From Patescibacteria group bacterium (GTDB lineage Bacteria; Patescibacteriota; Patescibacteriia; JACRDY01): 64,000 bases of DNA. The translations under genes were made by a program, and so were the position numbers. Of this stretch, positions 1 to 9,500 are shown one piece after another (the stretch's first letter is position 1; every line of letters begins with the position of its first letter). The notes under the pieces are model-generated. The model did no database searches. It saw nothing but the letters and a program-made list of their open reading frames with translations, and was not told the DNA's origin. The stretch is from assembly GCA_041671565.1 (NCBI GenBank), contig JBAZBH010000004.1, positions 9,308 through 73,307 on the forward strand. The letters run 5' to 3'.

Positions 1-228
1 GGCGCCACAACCGCTACTTATTTGAATAAAGTCGTTAGCCGGATCATCCTGGGCGGCGCTTTATTCCTCGGTATTATTGCGGTTTTGCCGTTAACGGTCC
101 GATACCTTACCGGCATGCAGACGCTGGCAATTGGCGGCACTTCGCTTTTGATTGTGGTGTCGGTGGTGATTGAAATTGTTAAACAAGTGGAATCACAGTT
201 GACGATGCGGGACTATGAAGGATTTTAG
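1..228 (+). CDS. secY: Preprotein translocase SecY, C-terminal fragment (gene begins upstream of window)
   Basis: Translation ends ...GGTSLLIVVSVVIEIVKQVESQLTMRDYEGF, the conserved SecY C-terminus (TM10 + QxESxLxxRxYEGF). The ORF-track Met at 22 is internal. Confidence 0.7.
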   Translation, partial: GATTATYLNKVVSRIILGGALFLGIIAVLPLTVRYLTGMQTLAIGGTSLLIVVSVVIEIVKQVESQLTMRDYEGF

Positions 229-268
229 GTAGGCAGGAGGATAGGAAGTTAGGAGGTTAGGAAGATAG
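228..268. repeat. AGGAGGTTAGGA-word repeat (same family as 1187-1268)
   Basis: aggtaggcaggaggataggaagttaggaggttaggaagatagg. Confidence 0.5.
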
Positions 269-290
269 GCGCCCGAGGGGCGTTCTTTTT
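268..290 (+). terminator. Intrinsic terminator after secY (GC hairpin cgccc-gag-gggcg + T-run)
   Basis: ggcgcccgaggggcgttctttttt directly after the secY stop. Confidence 0.5.
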
Positions 291-292
291 TG

Positions 293-452
293 TAGATTTA
301 AGAATCAAGAATAAATGCCCAATGCCCAAGCTCCAATGTCCAATCAAATCCCAATGACCAATGTCCAACCCCAACGGGGTCGCTTCGGGATTACCACCTT
401 TGGTCATTGGACATTGATTGGACATTGGGATTTGGATATTGGACATTTTTAC
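293..452. repeat. CCAATG-word palindromic intergenic element (family shared with 57640-57680, 60783-60999, 61861-62045)
   Basis: aatgcccaatgcccaagctccaatgtccaat...ggtcattggacattgattggacattgggatt. Internal inverted symmetry. The ORF-track entries 315..503 and 249..455 are translations of this repeat. Confidence 0.65.
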
Positions 453-577
453 CATAGTTATTCGTTCAAGTCAGAATCATTGATATTCTTAAAATTACCC
501 TAAAATTAAACTATTTTCGCCATTTGCTTTAGAATAATTTTTTTGTTATAATAGCCTCGTTAATTAAACCAATTTTT

Positions 578-1186
578 ATGGTGTTTCTACCGTGGCAAAA
601 GAGCAATTTCTGGCAAAATGAAAAACTGCGCGAAGCGGTCGGTTTTAGCTTAGAAATCATTAAAATCGTCATTATTTCTCTGGCCATCATTTTTCCGGTG
701 CGCTATTTTCTGATTCAGCCGTTTTATGTCAAAGGCGCGTCGATGGAGCCGAATTTTTATAATCACGAGTATTTGATTATCAATGAGATTTCCTATCGGT
801 TTGAAGCGCCCGTCCGCGGCGAGATTGTGGTTTTCCGGCCGCCGAATGGGCCAGCCGGCGATTTCTTTATCAAACGGATTATTGGTTTGCCGGGCGACCG
901 GGTGGTGGTCCAAGACGGTAAAATCAAGATTTTTAACGAAACTCATCCTACTGGAGTGGTTTTAGATGAAACCCAGTATTTGGAGCGGCGGCTAGTGACC
1001 GCCGGCAATTCAGATGTGACACTCGGCGCTAATGAATATTTTGTTTGCGGCGACAACCGGCCTTCTAGCCTTGATTCACGGACTTTTGGGCCGATCAAGG
1101 CGAGCAGTATTGTCGGCAAGGTTTGGTTGCGCGGCTGGCCCTTTGACCGGGTGACGATTTTCGGAGTGCCGGCGTATAATTTATAG
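578..1186 (+). CDS. lepB: Signal peptidase I
   Basis: N-terminal TM, then GASMEPNF (Ser box), VVFRPP, FIKRIIGLPGD (Lys box), YFVCGDNRPSSLDSRTFGPI. Confidence 0.9.
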   Translation: MVFLPWQKSNFWQNEKLREAVGFSLEIIKIVIISLAIIFPVRYFLIQPFYVKGASMEPNFYNHEYLIINEISYRFEAPVRGEIVVFRPPNGPAGDFFIKRIIGLPGDRVVVQDGKIKIFNETHPTGVVLDETQYLERRLVTAGNSDVTLGANEYFVCGDNRPSSLDSRTFGPIKASSIVGKVWLRGWPFDRVTIFGVPAYNL

Positions 1187-1268
1187 GAGGTTAAGAGGAT
1201 AGGAGGTTAGGATGATAGGAGGCTTATTTTCCTATCCTCTTATCATCCTATCCTCCTAACTACCTATT
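1187..1268. repeat. AGGAGGTTAGGA-word hairpin element
   Basis: aggaggttaagaggataggaggttaggatgataggagg / cctatcctcttatcatcctatcctcctaac form a near-perfect inverted repeat between lepB and hisS. Confidence 0.65.
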
Positions 1269-1269
1269 T

Positions 1270-2664
1270 ATGCCTAAGAAAAAAATTATCAAAAATCACA
1301 TGCCAGTAAAAAAAATCAGCCCGACACAGACCAAGGCCGAAAGAGAAGTGGTGGCCGAGGAAAAACGCGAAAAAATCCGCAAGGGTTTTCAGTTGCTCCG
1401 GGGAATGAAGGATATCTTGCCATCCGATCAGCCGGCTTGGCAGTTTTTGTATAAAAAAGCCGAGGAATTGACTGGTTTTTATGGCTTCAGGCGGATTGAG
1501 ACGCCGATTTTGGAGTCCAGTAATCTCTTTAAACGCTCGGTCGGCGATGTGACCGATATCGTGGAAAAGGAGATGTACACCTTCAATGATCCGGGCGGCG
1601 AGTCAGTTAGCCTGCGGCCAGAGGCGACCGCTTCAGTTTGCCGGGCTTACCTAGAACACGGTTTAATCAACCAACCTCAGCCAGTTAAACTCTGCTATTG
1701 GGGACCAATGTTTCGCCATGACCGGCCGCAAAACGGCCGTTACCGCCAGTTTCACCAATGGGGCGCGGAAACTATCGGCGAGATCAATCCGGCGGTGGAC
1801 GCGGAGTTAATTCTCTTGGCTTGGTTGTTTTTCAAGGAAATCGGCCTTAAAGTCAATCTGCAAATCAACAGCATCGGCTGTCCGAACTGCCGGCCGGAAT
1901 ATAAAAAGAATTTGGTGGCTTATTACCGCCGCAAGAAAAAGCACTTGTGCGCGGACTGCCAGCGGCGGCTCCTTAAAAATCCGTTGCGGCTTTTGGATTG
2001 CAAAGAAGAAGGTTGCCAAGAGGCCAAGGCCGAGGCGCCGCAGATTATTGATTGGCTGTGTGAGGAATGTAAAAATCACTTCATGAAAGTTTTGGAGTAT
2101 TTGGATAGCATGGAAATACCTTACCAATTGGATAATTTCTTGGTGCGCGGCCTGGATTATTACACCAAAACCATTTTTGAATTTTATCCGGCGGCCGCGG
2201 CGAAAGAAGGCGAAGAAGCCACGCGCCAGTCGGCTCTCGGCGGGGGCGGGCGCTATGACGGCCTTTTGGAAATTTTGGGCGGCCGGCCGACTCCGGGCGG
2301 CGGCTTTAGCCTGGGGATTGAACGGATTATCAATGAAATGCGCCGCCAAGAAGTGGAGCCGACGGTAAAAAAACCGCCGCAGATATTTCTCGCTCAGATT
2401 GGCGAGCAAGCGAAGCAAAAGGCTTTCCGGCTTTTTGAGGAACTCCGCCGGGAAAAATTACCCGCCGGCCAGATGTTTGGCAAAGACAGCCTGAAAGCCC
2501 AACTAGAAATCGCCGATAAAATGGGCGTTAAATATGTTTTGATTTTGGGCCAAAAAGAAATCTTGGAAGATACGGTCCTGCTCCGCGACATGGACGGCGG
2601 AGTGCAGGAAACCATTGGCTTTGACCGCGCGGTGGCCGAAGTCAAGAAGAAATTAAAGAGCTAA
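1270..2664 (+). CDS. hisS: Histidyl-tRNA synthetase (class II) with Cys-rich insertion
   Basis: LLRGMKDILPSD, RYRQFHQWGAE (motif 2), GGGGRYDGL (motif 3), C-terminal anticodon-binding domain. Insertion: CPNC...CADC...CKEEGC...CEEC. Confidence 0.9.
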   Translation: MPKKKIIKNHMPVKKISPTQTKAEREVVAEEKREKIRKGFQLLRGMKDILPSDQPAWQFLYKKAEELTGFYGFRRIETPILESSNLFKRSVGDVTDIVEKEMYTFNDPGGESVSLRPEATASVCRAYLEHGLINQPQPVKLCYWGPMFRHDRPQNGRYRQFHQWGAETIGEINPAVDAELILLAWLFFKEIGLKVNLQINSIGCPNCRPEYKKNLVAYYRRKKKHLCADCQRRLLKNPLRLLDCKEEGCQEAKAEAPQIIDWLCEECKNHFMKVLEYLDSMEIPYQLDNFLVRGLDYYTKTIFEFYPAAAAKEGEEATRQSALGGGGRYDGLLEILGGRPTPGGGFSLGIERIINEMRRQEVEPTVKKPPQIFLAQIGEQAKQKAFRLFEELRREKLPAGQMFGKDSLKAQLEIADKMGVKYVLILGQKEILEDTVLLRDMDGGVQETIGFDRAVAEVKKKLKS

Positions 2665-2797
2665 ACGCGATGCTAAATGCGATGCTAATCTACGAATGAC
2701 CCCAGCATACGCGGGGCAGGCATGCGAATGCTACAAATAAGGCTCCGCATTTGTAGATTCGCATGTAATCCGTAGCATTCGCATCGCTTCCAGCCAG
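2665..2797. repeat. GCGAATGCTACGAAT-word palindromic element (family with 27895-27960 and 30950-31100)
   Basis: gcgatgctaaatgcgatgctaatctacgaatg...cgcatttgtagattcgcatgtaatccgtagcattcgcatcgc; inverted symmetry. Confidence 0.6.
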
Positions 2798-2863
2798 ATG
2801 GACAAAGCGAGCCACGCGAATTATCGGCGGAGATTAACAGTTAGTCATTATATTCTTTATAAT

Positions 2864-3199
2864 ATGTGTGTGTTTTGCCAGATTATTAATAAAGAGATCC
2901 CGTCAAAACTGTTGTTTGAAGATGATGAAATGGTGGCTTTCCCTGATATTAAGCCGTCGACGGCGGTCCACCTTTTAATTGTCCCCAAAAAGCATTTGGC
3001 GTCTTTAGCCGAAGTGGATGACTTGGACCAAGAGCTTTTGGGTCGGCTCTTGTACCGGGCGAAAGAGCTGGCGGCGGAACAGGGGATTGCTGAAGGCGGT
3101 TATAAGATCGTGATCAATACCGGCAAAGACGGCGGCCAAATTGTGCCGCATTTACACCTGCACCTTTTGGGCGGCGAGCCGCTAAAACATCCGGTTTAA
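2864..3199 (+). CDS. HIT-family (histidine triad) nucleotide hydrolase
   Basis: MCVFCQII N-terminus and HLHLHLLGG (HxHxHxx) motif. The 111 aa length fits Hint. The ORF-track start at 2798 would add 22 atypical residues overlapping the repeat. Confidence 0.8.
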   Translation: MCVFCQIINKEIPSKLLFEDDEMVAFPDIKPSTAVHLLIVPKKHLASLAEVDDLDQELLGRLLYRAKELAAEQGIAEGGYKIVINTGKDGGQIVPHLHLHLLGGEPLKHPV

Positions 3200-3325
3200 G
3201 GCTGTGAATTTGCCACCAGATTCCTTTTGACAGCGTTGGTTTTTAATGATATTATTTAGTTGAGATTAGCTAATAAATAACAGGATAGCTTTATGGCTAT
3301 TCTGACTTAGAAAGGCAGGTGTAAC

Positions 3326-3556
3326 ATGTCAGAAGTCAAACGGAAAAAAGGCGAATCTTTCGAGGCGCTTTTACGGCGGTTTAATAAGACCACAATTCGC
3401 AGTGGCCGGATTTTACAAGCCAAGAAAATCCAGTTTTATCGCAAGCCGAAAAATAAAAGCGCGCGCAAGACCTCCGCTCTCCGCTCCAAAGAGCTGCGGG
3501 AAAAGCGCGAGTATTTGCGTAAAATCGGCAAATTACCCGAAGAATATCAAAGATAA
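3326..3556 (+). CDS. rpsU: 30S ribosomal protein S21
   Basis: MSEVKRKKGESFEALLRRFNK...FYRKP; basic 76 aa protein. Confidence 0.85.
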   Translation: MSEVKRKKGESFEALLRRFNKTTIRSGRILQAKKIQFYRKPKNKSARKTSALRSKELREKREYLRKIGKLPEEYQR

Positions 3557-3561
3557 AATTT

Positions 3562-4002
3562 GTGTCTTTACTGGAAACTATTGAGCAAGATTTCCAAGCG
3601 GCGATGAAAAGCCGGACCGCAACCGTAGTTTCTACTCTACGGTTGCTTAAGGCTGAAATCATGAAAAAAGAGCGCGCCGGCAAGGAGCTGAAAGCTTTGA
3701 CTGAGGAGGAAGTAGCGGCGGCAGTAAAAGGCCAGATTAAACAGCGGCAGGATTCGATTGCCGAATACCAGAAGGCTGGTCGGGCTGATTTAGCCGAGCC
3801 GGAAGAGGCCGAGCTCAAGATTCTCCAGAAATATCTGCCCGAACAGCTGTCCGAGGCGGAAATTGAAAAGCTGGTTGAGGCGGCCGCCGCGGAAGTCGGT
3901 ACAGCCAATTTTGGCCAGCTGATGGGCGCGGTGATGAAAAAAGTCGGCGGCGCGGCGGACGGTAGTGTGGTTAGCCGGCTAGTTAAAAACAAAATAGTCT
4001 GA
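3562..4002 (+). CDS. yqeY: GatB/YqeY-domain protein
   Basis: LRLLKAEI, LKILQKYLPEQLSEAEIEKLV, GQLMGAVMKK; GTG start; ends with TGA. Confidence 0.8.
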   Translation: MSLLETIEQDFQAAMKSRTATVVSTLRLLKAEIMKKERAGKELKALTEEEVAAAVKGQIKQRQDSIAEYQKAGRADLAEPEEAELKILQKYLPEQLSEAEIEKLVEAAAAEVGTANFGQLMGAVMKKVGGAADGSVVSRLVKNKIV

Positions 4003-4179
4003 GATGGTTACAAAATTGTTTTTGCCGTAATTTGTCCTTTTTGGCTAAGGCTTCGTCAAGGTAGCGACAAAATTATTTTCGTCGTAGCTCGGCTACGGCT
4101 CAAATCATTTTGTCGCCCTTTCCTCGCCTTAACCAAAAAGTCCTAAATTCCGCCTAAAAACAGTTTTGTAACCATCTCA
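4001..4179. repeat. 179 bp palindromic element with 18 bp perfect terminal inverted repeats
   Basis: gagatggttacaaaattg ... cagttttgtaaccatctc. Internal arms are also mutually complementary (ggctaaggc / gccttaacc). A tataaat box follows immediately. Confidence 0.6.
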
Positions 4180-4208
4180 CAGTAAATAGTTATAAATTGG
4201 GCGAGAAG

Positions 4209-6536
4209 ATGGCGGGTTACTTCAAATTTTTTAAACCCATGAGCCCCAAGAAAAACAAAAAAATCCTAGTGAGTTTTGCCGGCATTGTTTTAGTGCTGGT
4301 TTTTTTATTATTGGGCGTGAAGCTGGCTTTAGCCTTAGATCAAACGACACTGGGCCTGCAACCGGTCGCCGAGAGCACGATTTTGCCGACAACCGACATT
4401 CGGGTGATTGTGGCGCGGATTATCCAGGTGGCGCTCGGCGTAGTCGGCCTGCTGTCGGTCGGCATGATTATCTATGCCGGCTGGCTTTGGATGACTTCAG
4501 GCGGGGAAGAGGATAAGATCAGTGAGGCTAAGAAAACCATGCTGAACTGGGCGATTGGTCTAATTATTATTTTTCTCGCTTTTGCGATTGTTACCTTTAT
4601 TTTCCAGATGCTGGGCGTGCAGATGGACGGGTTTATCTTCAGCGAGCGGCCGGGGACTAATAGCTTCGGCACTGGGGCGCTCGGCAACGGCATTATCGAG
4701 AGCCATTATCCGGCCCGGGACGCCGTTGGCATACCGCGCAACACACGGATCATTGTGACTTTTAAAGAGGCAATAAGCTTGTCGACGATATTTGATGCGG
4801 CGGCTGGTATTAGGCAAACTGAAAATCCGGTAACTCATGTGATTAAATACAGCGGTTTTTTAAATAGCGACAATATTAAAATTTTTGCTAAAGAATTAGA
4901 TGATGCCGCCACCACGGAGATCGAAGGCGCTCTCGCCTCAACTGAAGTGACCGTGGTGACGATTGATAAAAAAACTTTTACTTTTTCGCCGCCTTTACTC
5001 GGCAGCCAGTCGCATAATATGGATTATGCCGTGCGGCTGGGCGAGGGGTTGAAAAAATCTAACGGCGACAACGCTTTTCCGGCCGGAATAAACAGTTTTT
5101 ACATCTGGCAGTTCCAAGTCAGCACTTTTCTCGATATCACGCCGCCGCGAGTGGTGGATTTTTTCCCGCAACATGACCCACTGGGCGGAACGCCGGAATA
5201 CCGGAATGCGATTGTCCAGATTACTTTTGACGAGGCAATTGATCCGACCACGGTTGACCGACTGACGGTTTATGAGCTTGATGCGCCTAACGGATTGATA
5301 ACGAAACCGGTTGTCGGCAAATTTAGTATCTCCAATCAATATAAAACCTTGGAATTTGTGCCGGATGATTTTTGCGGGGTGAACTCTTGCGGCGACGAAA
5401 TTTTCTGTTTGCCGAAGGACACCAATCTTAAAGTGGTGGCGCCGGCCGGCACTTTATATATTGATCCCATTACTCATGAACCTTCTCCGGATTGGCCGGC
5501 TAAGAGCGATGGATTGGATGGCATTACCGATGTCTGTGCCAACTCGCTTAACGGCAACGGCACGGCGGGCGCGATTTGCGCGGATGACCGCGAAGTGGAA
5601 ATAGACGGCGCGTTTCCGTTTAATTGTTTAGGTAATACCGCGGCCGAGGTTGGCGGGGTGCCGGTGGTTCATCTTGGCCATTGCGCTTGCGCCATCGGTC
5701 CCAATCCGGCGCCAACGGCGGTTCAGGGCGCCACCCCACCACATTGGGATAACTTTGTCTGGCAGTTTAAAGCGGGCGATGAGATAAAAGTTACCCCGCC
5801 GCTGCTGGAAGAAATCAAACCCGGGCCGACCATTGACGATCGGAGTTGGGTGAATCTGGCGGCGGCGGCCACCGGCAAATTTGACGGACGGATGATGGGC
5901 CAGACCCTGACTAGCGACAATATTAGGCTAAAAACCGATAATAAAATTTTGTTTCCGCCGGATACTACCCAGCCTTTAGACGAGACGGATTTCCTTTGGT
6001 ATTTTATCCATTTTGATAACGAAGGCACTCCCCACCAAGTCCCGGCTTGCCAAAAAGCGTCGGCAACCAGAGAACTTAATTGTACAGACTTGGCCGGGTC
6101 GCAAGCGATGTGCCAGAATTCGGCTTGGCAGTGCCATTGGGTTAGTCCTAATGAATGTTTTTATGGTTGGCCGGATATCGAAGATCGGCCACAATGTTCG
6201 GATATTACTAATGAGGCCGAGTGCGGGCAAACTAGCGGCATTTGCGCTTGGCAACCGACCGGCGGAGTGAACACCACCTACAAAACCAAAGTTTATATTG
6301 AGCACCGGCCGTATCAAGAGACGCTAAGGACTCAATCGTCAGCTTTTGACTATTCAACGCATTTTCTTTCCGGGGTTAAAGATGTTTATCAGAATTGCTA
6401 TAAACCTTCCAGTTTACATGTTAATGCGACTGATTGGTGTGACGGTACTGATTCTTGTTGTATTAGTCAGTATTATTATTCTTATACTGGGGCGTGTCCG
6501 GAGCCTTTGCCGGTGGATTGGACGCCGGAAGAATAA
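4209..6536 (+). CDS. Surface protein with N-terminal T4SS-pilin-like (TrbC/VirB2-like) TM domain and Cys-rich C-terminus
   Basis: Signal/TM segment, then DIRVIVARIIQVALGVVGLLSVGMIIYAGWLWMTSGG...AIGLIIIFLAFAIVTF (pilin-like two-helix domain). About 600 aa extracellular region with a C-terminal CxW Cys cluster. Start is uncertain (TTG 4197, ATG 4209 or ATG 4239). Confidence 0.7.
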   Translation: MAGYFKFFKPMSPKKNKKILVSFAGIVLVLVFLLLGVKLALALDQTTLGLQPVAESTILPTTDIRVIVARIIQVALGVVGLLSVGMIIYAGWLWMTSGGEEDKISEAKKTMLNWAIGLIIIFLAFAIVTFIFQMLGVQMDGFIFSERPGTNSFGTGALGNGIIESHYPARDAVGIPRNTRIIVTFKEAISLSTIFDAAAGIRQTENPVTHVIKYSGFLNSDNIKIFAKELDDAATTEIEGALASTEVTVVTIDKKTFTFSPPLLGSQSHNMDYAVRLGEGLKKSNGDNAFPAGINSFYIWQFQVSTFLDITPPRVVDFFPQHDPLGGTPEYRNAIVQITFDEAIDPTTVDRLTVYELDAPNGLITKPVVGKFSISNQYKTLEFVPDDFCGVNSCGDEIFCLPKDTNLKVVAPAGTLYIDPITHEPSPDWPAKSDGLDGITDVCANSLNGNGTAGAICADDREVEIDGAFPFNCLGNTAAEVGGVPVVHLGHCACAIGPNPAPTAVQGATPPHWDNFVWQFKAGDEIKVTPPLLEEIKPGPTIDDRSWVNLAAAATGKFDGRMMGQTLTSDNIRLKTDNKILFPPDTTQPLDETDFLWYFIHFDNEGTPHQVPACQKASATRELNCTDLAGSQAMCQNSAWQCHWVSPNECFYGWPDIEDRPQCSDITNEAECGQTSGICAWQPTGGVNTTYKTKVYIEHRPYQETLRTQSSAFDYSTHFLSGVKDVYQNCYKPSSLHVNATDWCDGTDSCCISQYYYSYTGACPEPLPVDWTPEE

Positions 6537-6548
6537 AAAATAAATAGC

Positions 6549-9500
6549 ATGTTTAAGAAATTCAGTAAAATTTTTTTGGTGCTAGGTTTGACCGCAGTTT
6601 TGTTGCTGACGGCTTTTGGCGTCAGAACCGCGCTGGCGGCTGATGCCACTGACCTCGGTTTGTCTTATGTTAGCAATAACACCATATTGCCGACCGGCGA
6701 CATTCGGGTGTTGATTGCCAATATCATCCGCTACGCGCTGGGACTCCTCGGGATCGTGGCGGTGGTGATTTGCCTTTACGGCGGCTGGCTGTATATGACT
6801 TCGCAGGGCAATGAAGAGCAGACCACCAGGGCTAAAGCCGTTCTCCGCGACGGGCTGATCGGCCTCGCGATTATTTTGCTCGCTTTTGCCATTGTTTCCT
6901 TGGTCTTTAATTTCTTGGTTAATGCCACTAACCCAGGAGAAAGCTGCGCGCCTGGTGATCCGCCTCGGGGTTGCAATTGGGCTCCAGGACCTAATTGTTC
7001 TGGCACTCAACGCTGTGAGAGTAATAACCGTTGGGGCGGTTGTATTCCCAATTACCCGATACCACCTGAGTGCGAACTTCGTGATCAATTCTATATTCAT
7101 CATTTTTCGCCGCCACCTTATCCGCCGGTTACCGACCCATCAAAAATTGGTTATTGGCATGCGATTAAAGTCCGCAATGCGACCGAGGAGATAACTTTTA
7201 GCATGGCGGTTAATCCCGAGACTTTATTTGAAACCGCGCCAGATTCAGCGGCGTCGACTGCGGAGCCGGCTTTTATTGTGAGTAAAACATTTTTAAGTTT
7301 AAGCGGTGTTGATTATAGCGACCACTTGGTGATGACGGCGTCCAAGACCGGAAACGGAATAGAGATATTGTCAAACGGACAGAATGTGGCGCCTCTGGCT
7401 GACGGCATAAATAATTTCAAGTGGGCGGTCGTCAAGGTGACTGGCGGAAATTGGTCGGGCGACAACATCACGGTGATATTCCGGACTGATCAAATAACCA
7501 ATCAAGGTGATCTAGAGAGCTGGCTCGGCCAGCACAATGACATTGACGCGGGAAATTATACGGTGGTCAATATATTTGCGGTGGAAATTGCGGCCGCCGG
7601 GGTAGGCCATGACTACTTTACAGAATTCCCGCCAGCGGCCACCTATGCCGCCGGATCCGATCCGGCTGGCAGTATTTATTTGAACTACAGCGCGGCGGAG
7701 GCCGCCCAATCTGGTTCGGCGCGCATTAAGGTTTATAATCTCGGTATTACTTATGACCCAGCGAGCGCTGATCCGGCTAGGCATTTAGACGCGGTGGGCC
7801 AGCAACTTAAAGATATGTCAGAAGCTGATCTCAAGGCTTTGATGTTGCCCGATAAGCAAGTAGCCGGTGATTTGGTGGTGGTCAATGGGACAATAGTAGC
7901 GTTTAACCCGTCCGCGCCTTGCCCGGCAGGCCATGAGACTTTCTTTTGCTTTGATCAAAATACGGCCTATGGTGTGCTGGTGCTACCGGGTGTGGAAAGC
8001 CAGACGGGCAAACGGCTATTAGTGGACAGCGCTTGGCCTGATTTTGCTTACTTCTTGACCGGCGACAAAATCGACACCGAAGCGCCGGCAGTTACCTTAA
8101 ATATGCCGTTTGAAGGCCAGGGAGTTTGCGCCGACCAGTTTAACTTATCACCCGCCCAGAGCAATCTACAAAGTGACGCTCGGGATGACACCGAGATTAC
8201 GCGGGTGGCTTATTCAGTTTATGACGCTTCCGGTCCCCGGGGGCAATTGCCGATTCATTATTTTATTGATGGTGGCACTGGAAAAATTATGCCGAATACA
8301 GAAGCGTTATGGCATATTGACTATCCGAGCGGCGGACCGCTACCCGATAAGTATATTTCTTATGGTTCTTGGGATACTTATGGCTTTACATTTGTTACTC
8401 CACCACCACCGCGGGTGACTGTCAAAGCCGAAGCTCATGACTGGAATTTGAGTGTGGAAGACAGTAATACGGTGGTGATGCGGGCGGATCACTGTTGTAA
8501 TGGGAAAAAAGACCTCGATGAAACCGGAGTTGATTGCGGCGGGGCGTGGTGCGGCGGTTGTGACGGCGACGCTTGCAGTCTGGATACACAGTCTTGCCAG
8601 CCTGATCCCACGCTTTGCGCTTCCAGTTTTTGCGATCCGACCACCTGTGTTTGCCGGCATTTGCCAATCATTACTGAGGTGGATCCGGGTAATGGCGCGC
8701 CCGGCAATTTTATTACTATTTATGGCAAGTTTTTTGGGTCGCAGATCGGGCAAGTGGTATTTCTCGGCGCGGCTGGAGCCGGCGACGATAAAGTTGCTAA
8801 ATTACCGAACGAAATTAACCCGGCTTGCGGCAATACCTGGCAAGATGAACAGATTGTGGTGGCGGTGCCAACTGGCGCGGTTGATGGCCCAATTAAGGTG
8901 GTGACGGCGGGCGGCTTGGAAGACACCACCGAGTCCGGACCTTTACACCAAAGATATCCGGAAGAAGTGGTAATGACTTTTGATGTTAATCTGACTTTGC
9001 GGCCGGGGGCTTGTTTACTTCGTCCCGCGAGCGGTAAATTTAGCGAACAGGTGGATATTGTTGGCACCGGCTTTGGCCTGGGCACCGGCACTAGTGACAA
9101 AGTTTATTTTGGTACTATCGTTGGACCGGCAGTGGCTAACAGTTGGACACAAACGACGGTCGGGGCGCAGGTGCCAAATATCGCGGGCGGGCAAACCGTG
9201 GCGGTCAAAGTGCAAGTTGGGGCGGAGCAGAGCAATGGGCTGAGGTTTAATGTTACCGACGAAGGGGATAATAATTTTCCGCAGATTAATTATTTGGATC
9301 CGGTTGATGGCAATATCGGCCAATATGTGACAATTTTTGGCAAGAATTTTGGCGGCGACACCGGCACGGTGTTGTTCACTTATAACGCCGGCAGTGAAGC
9401 TCAGACCGCGTGGGGCGACTTTAATTTTCCGGCCGGTTGCGGCCAGACTTGGTCTGATAGCCAGATCATTGTTAAAGTGCCGCCGAGCTTTTTAAGTATT

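Noticed and set aside
315-503. ORF-track proteins 315..503(+), 249..455(-) and 61766..61951(-) with sequences like MPNAQAPMSNQIPMTNVQ
   Set aside because: They are translations of the CCAATG-word palindromic repeat. The 'protein' is a periodic reading of the DNA repeat, identical on both strands, with no RBS.
1807-2418. 203 aa minus-strand ORF inside hisS, and 23403..24218(-) inside ftsZ
   Set aside because: They overlap well-supported conserved genes (HisRS motifs, FtsZ tubulin signature) and have low-complexity Ala/Arg-rich translations.
2798-2863. Longer HIT protein start at 2798
   Set aside because: The extra 22 residues are non-conserved, and HIT proteins start at the CxFC motif (ATG 2864). 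The extension abuts the intergenic repeat.
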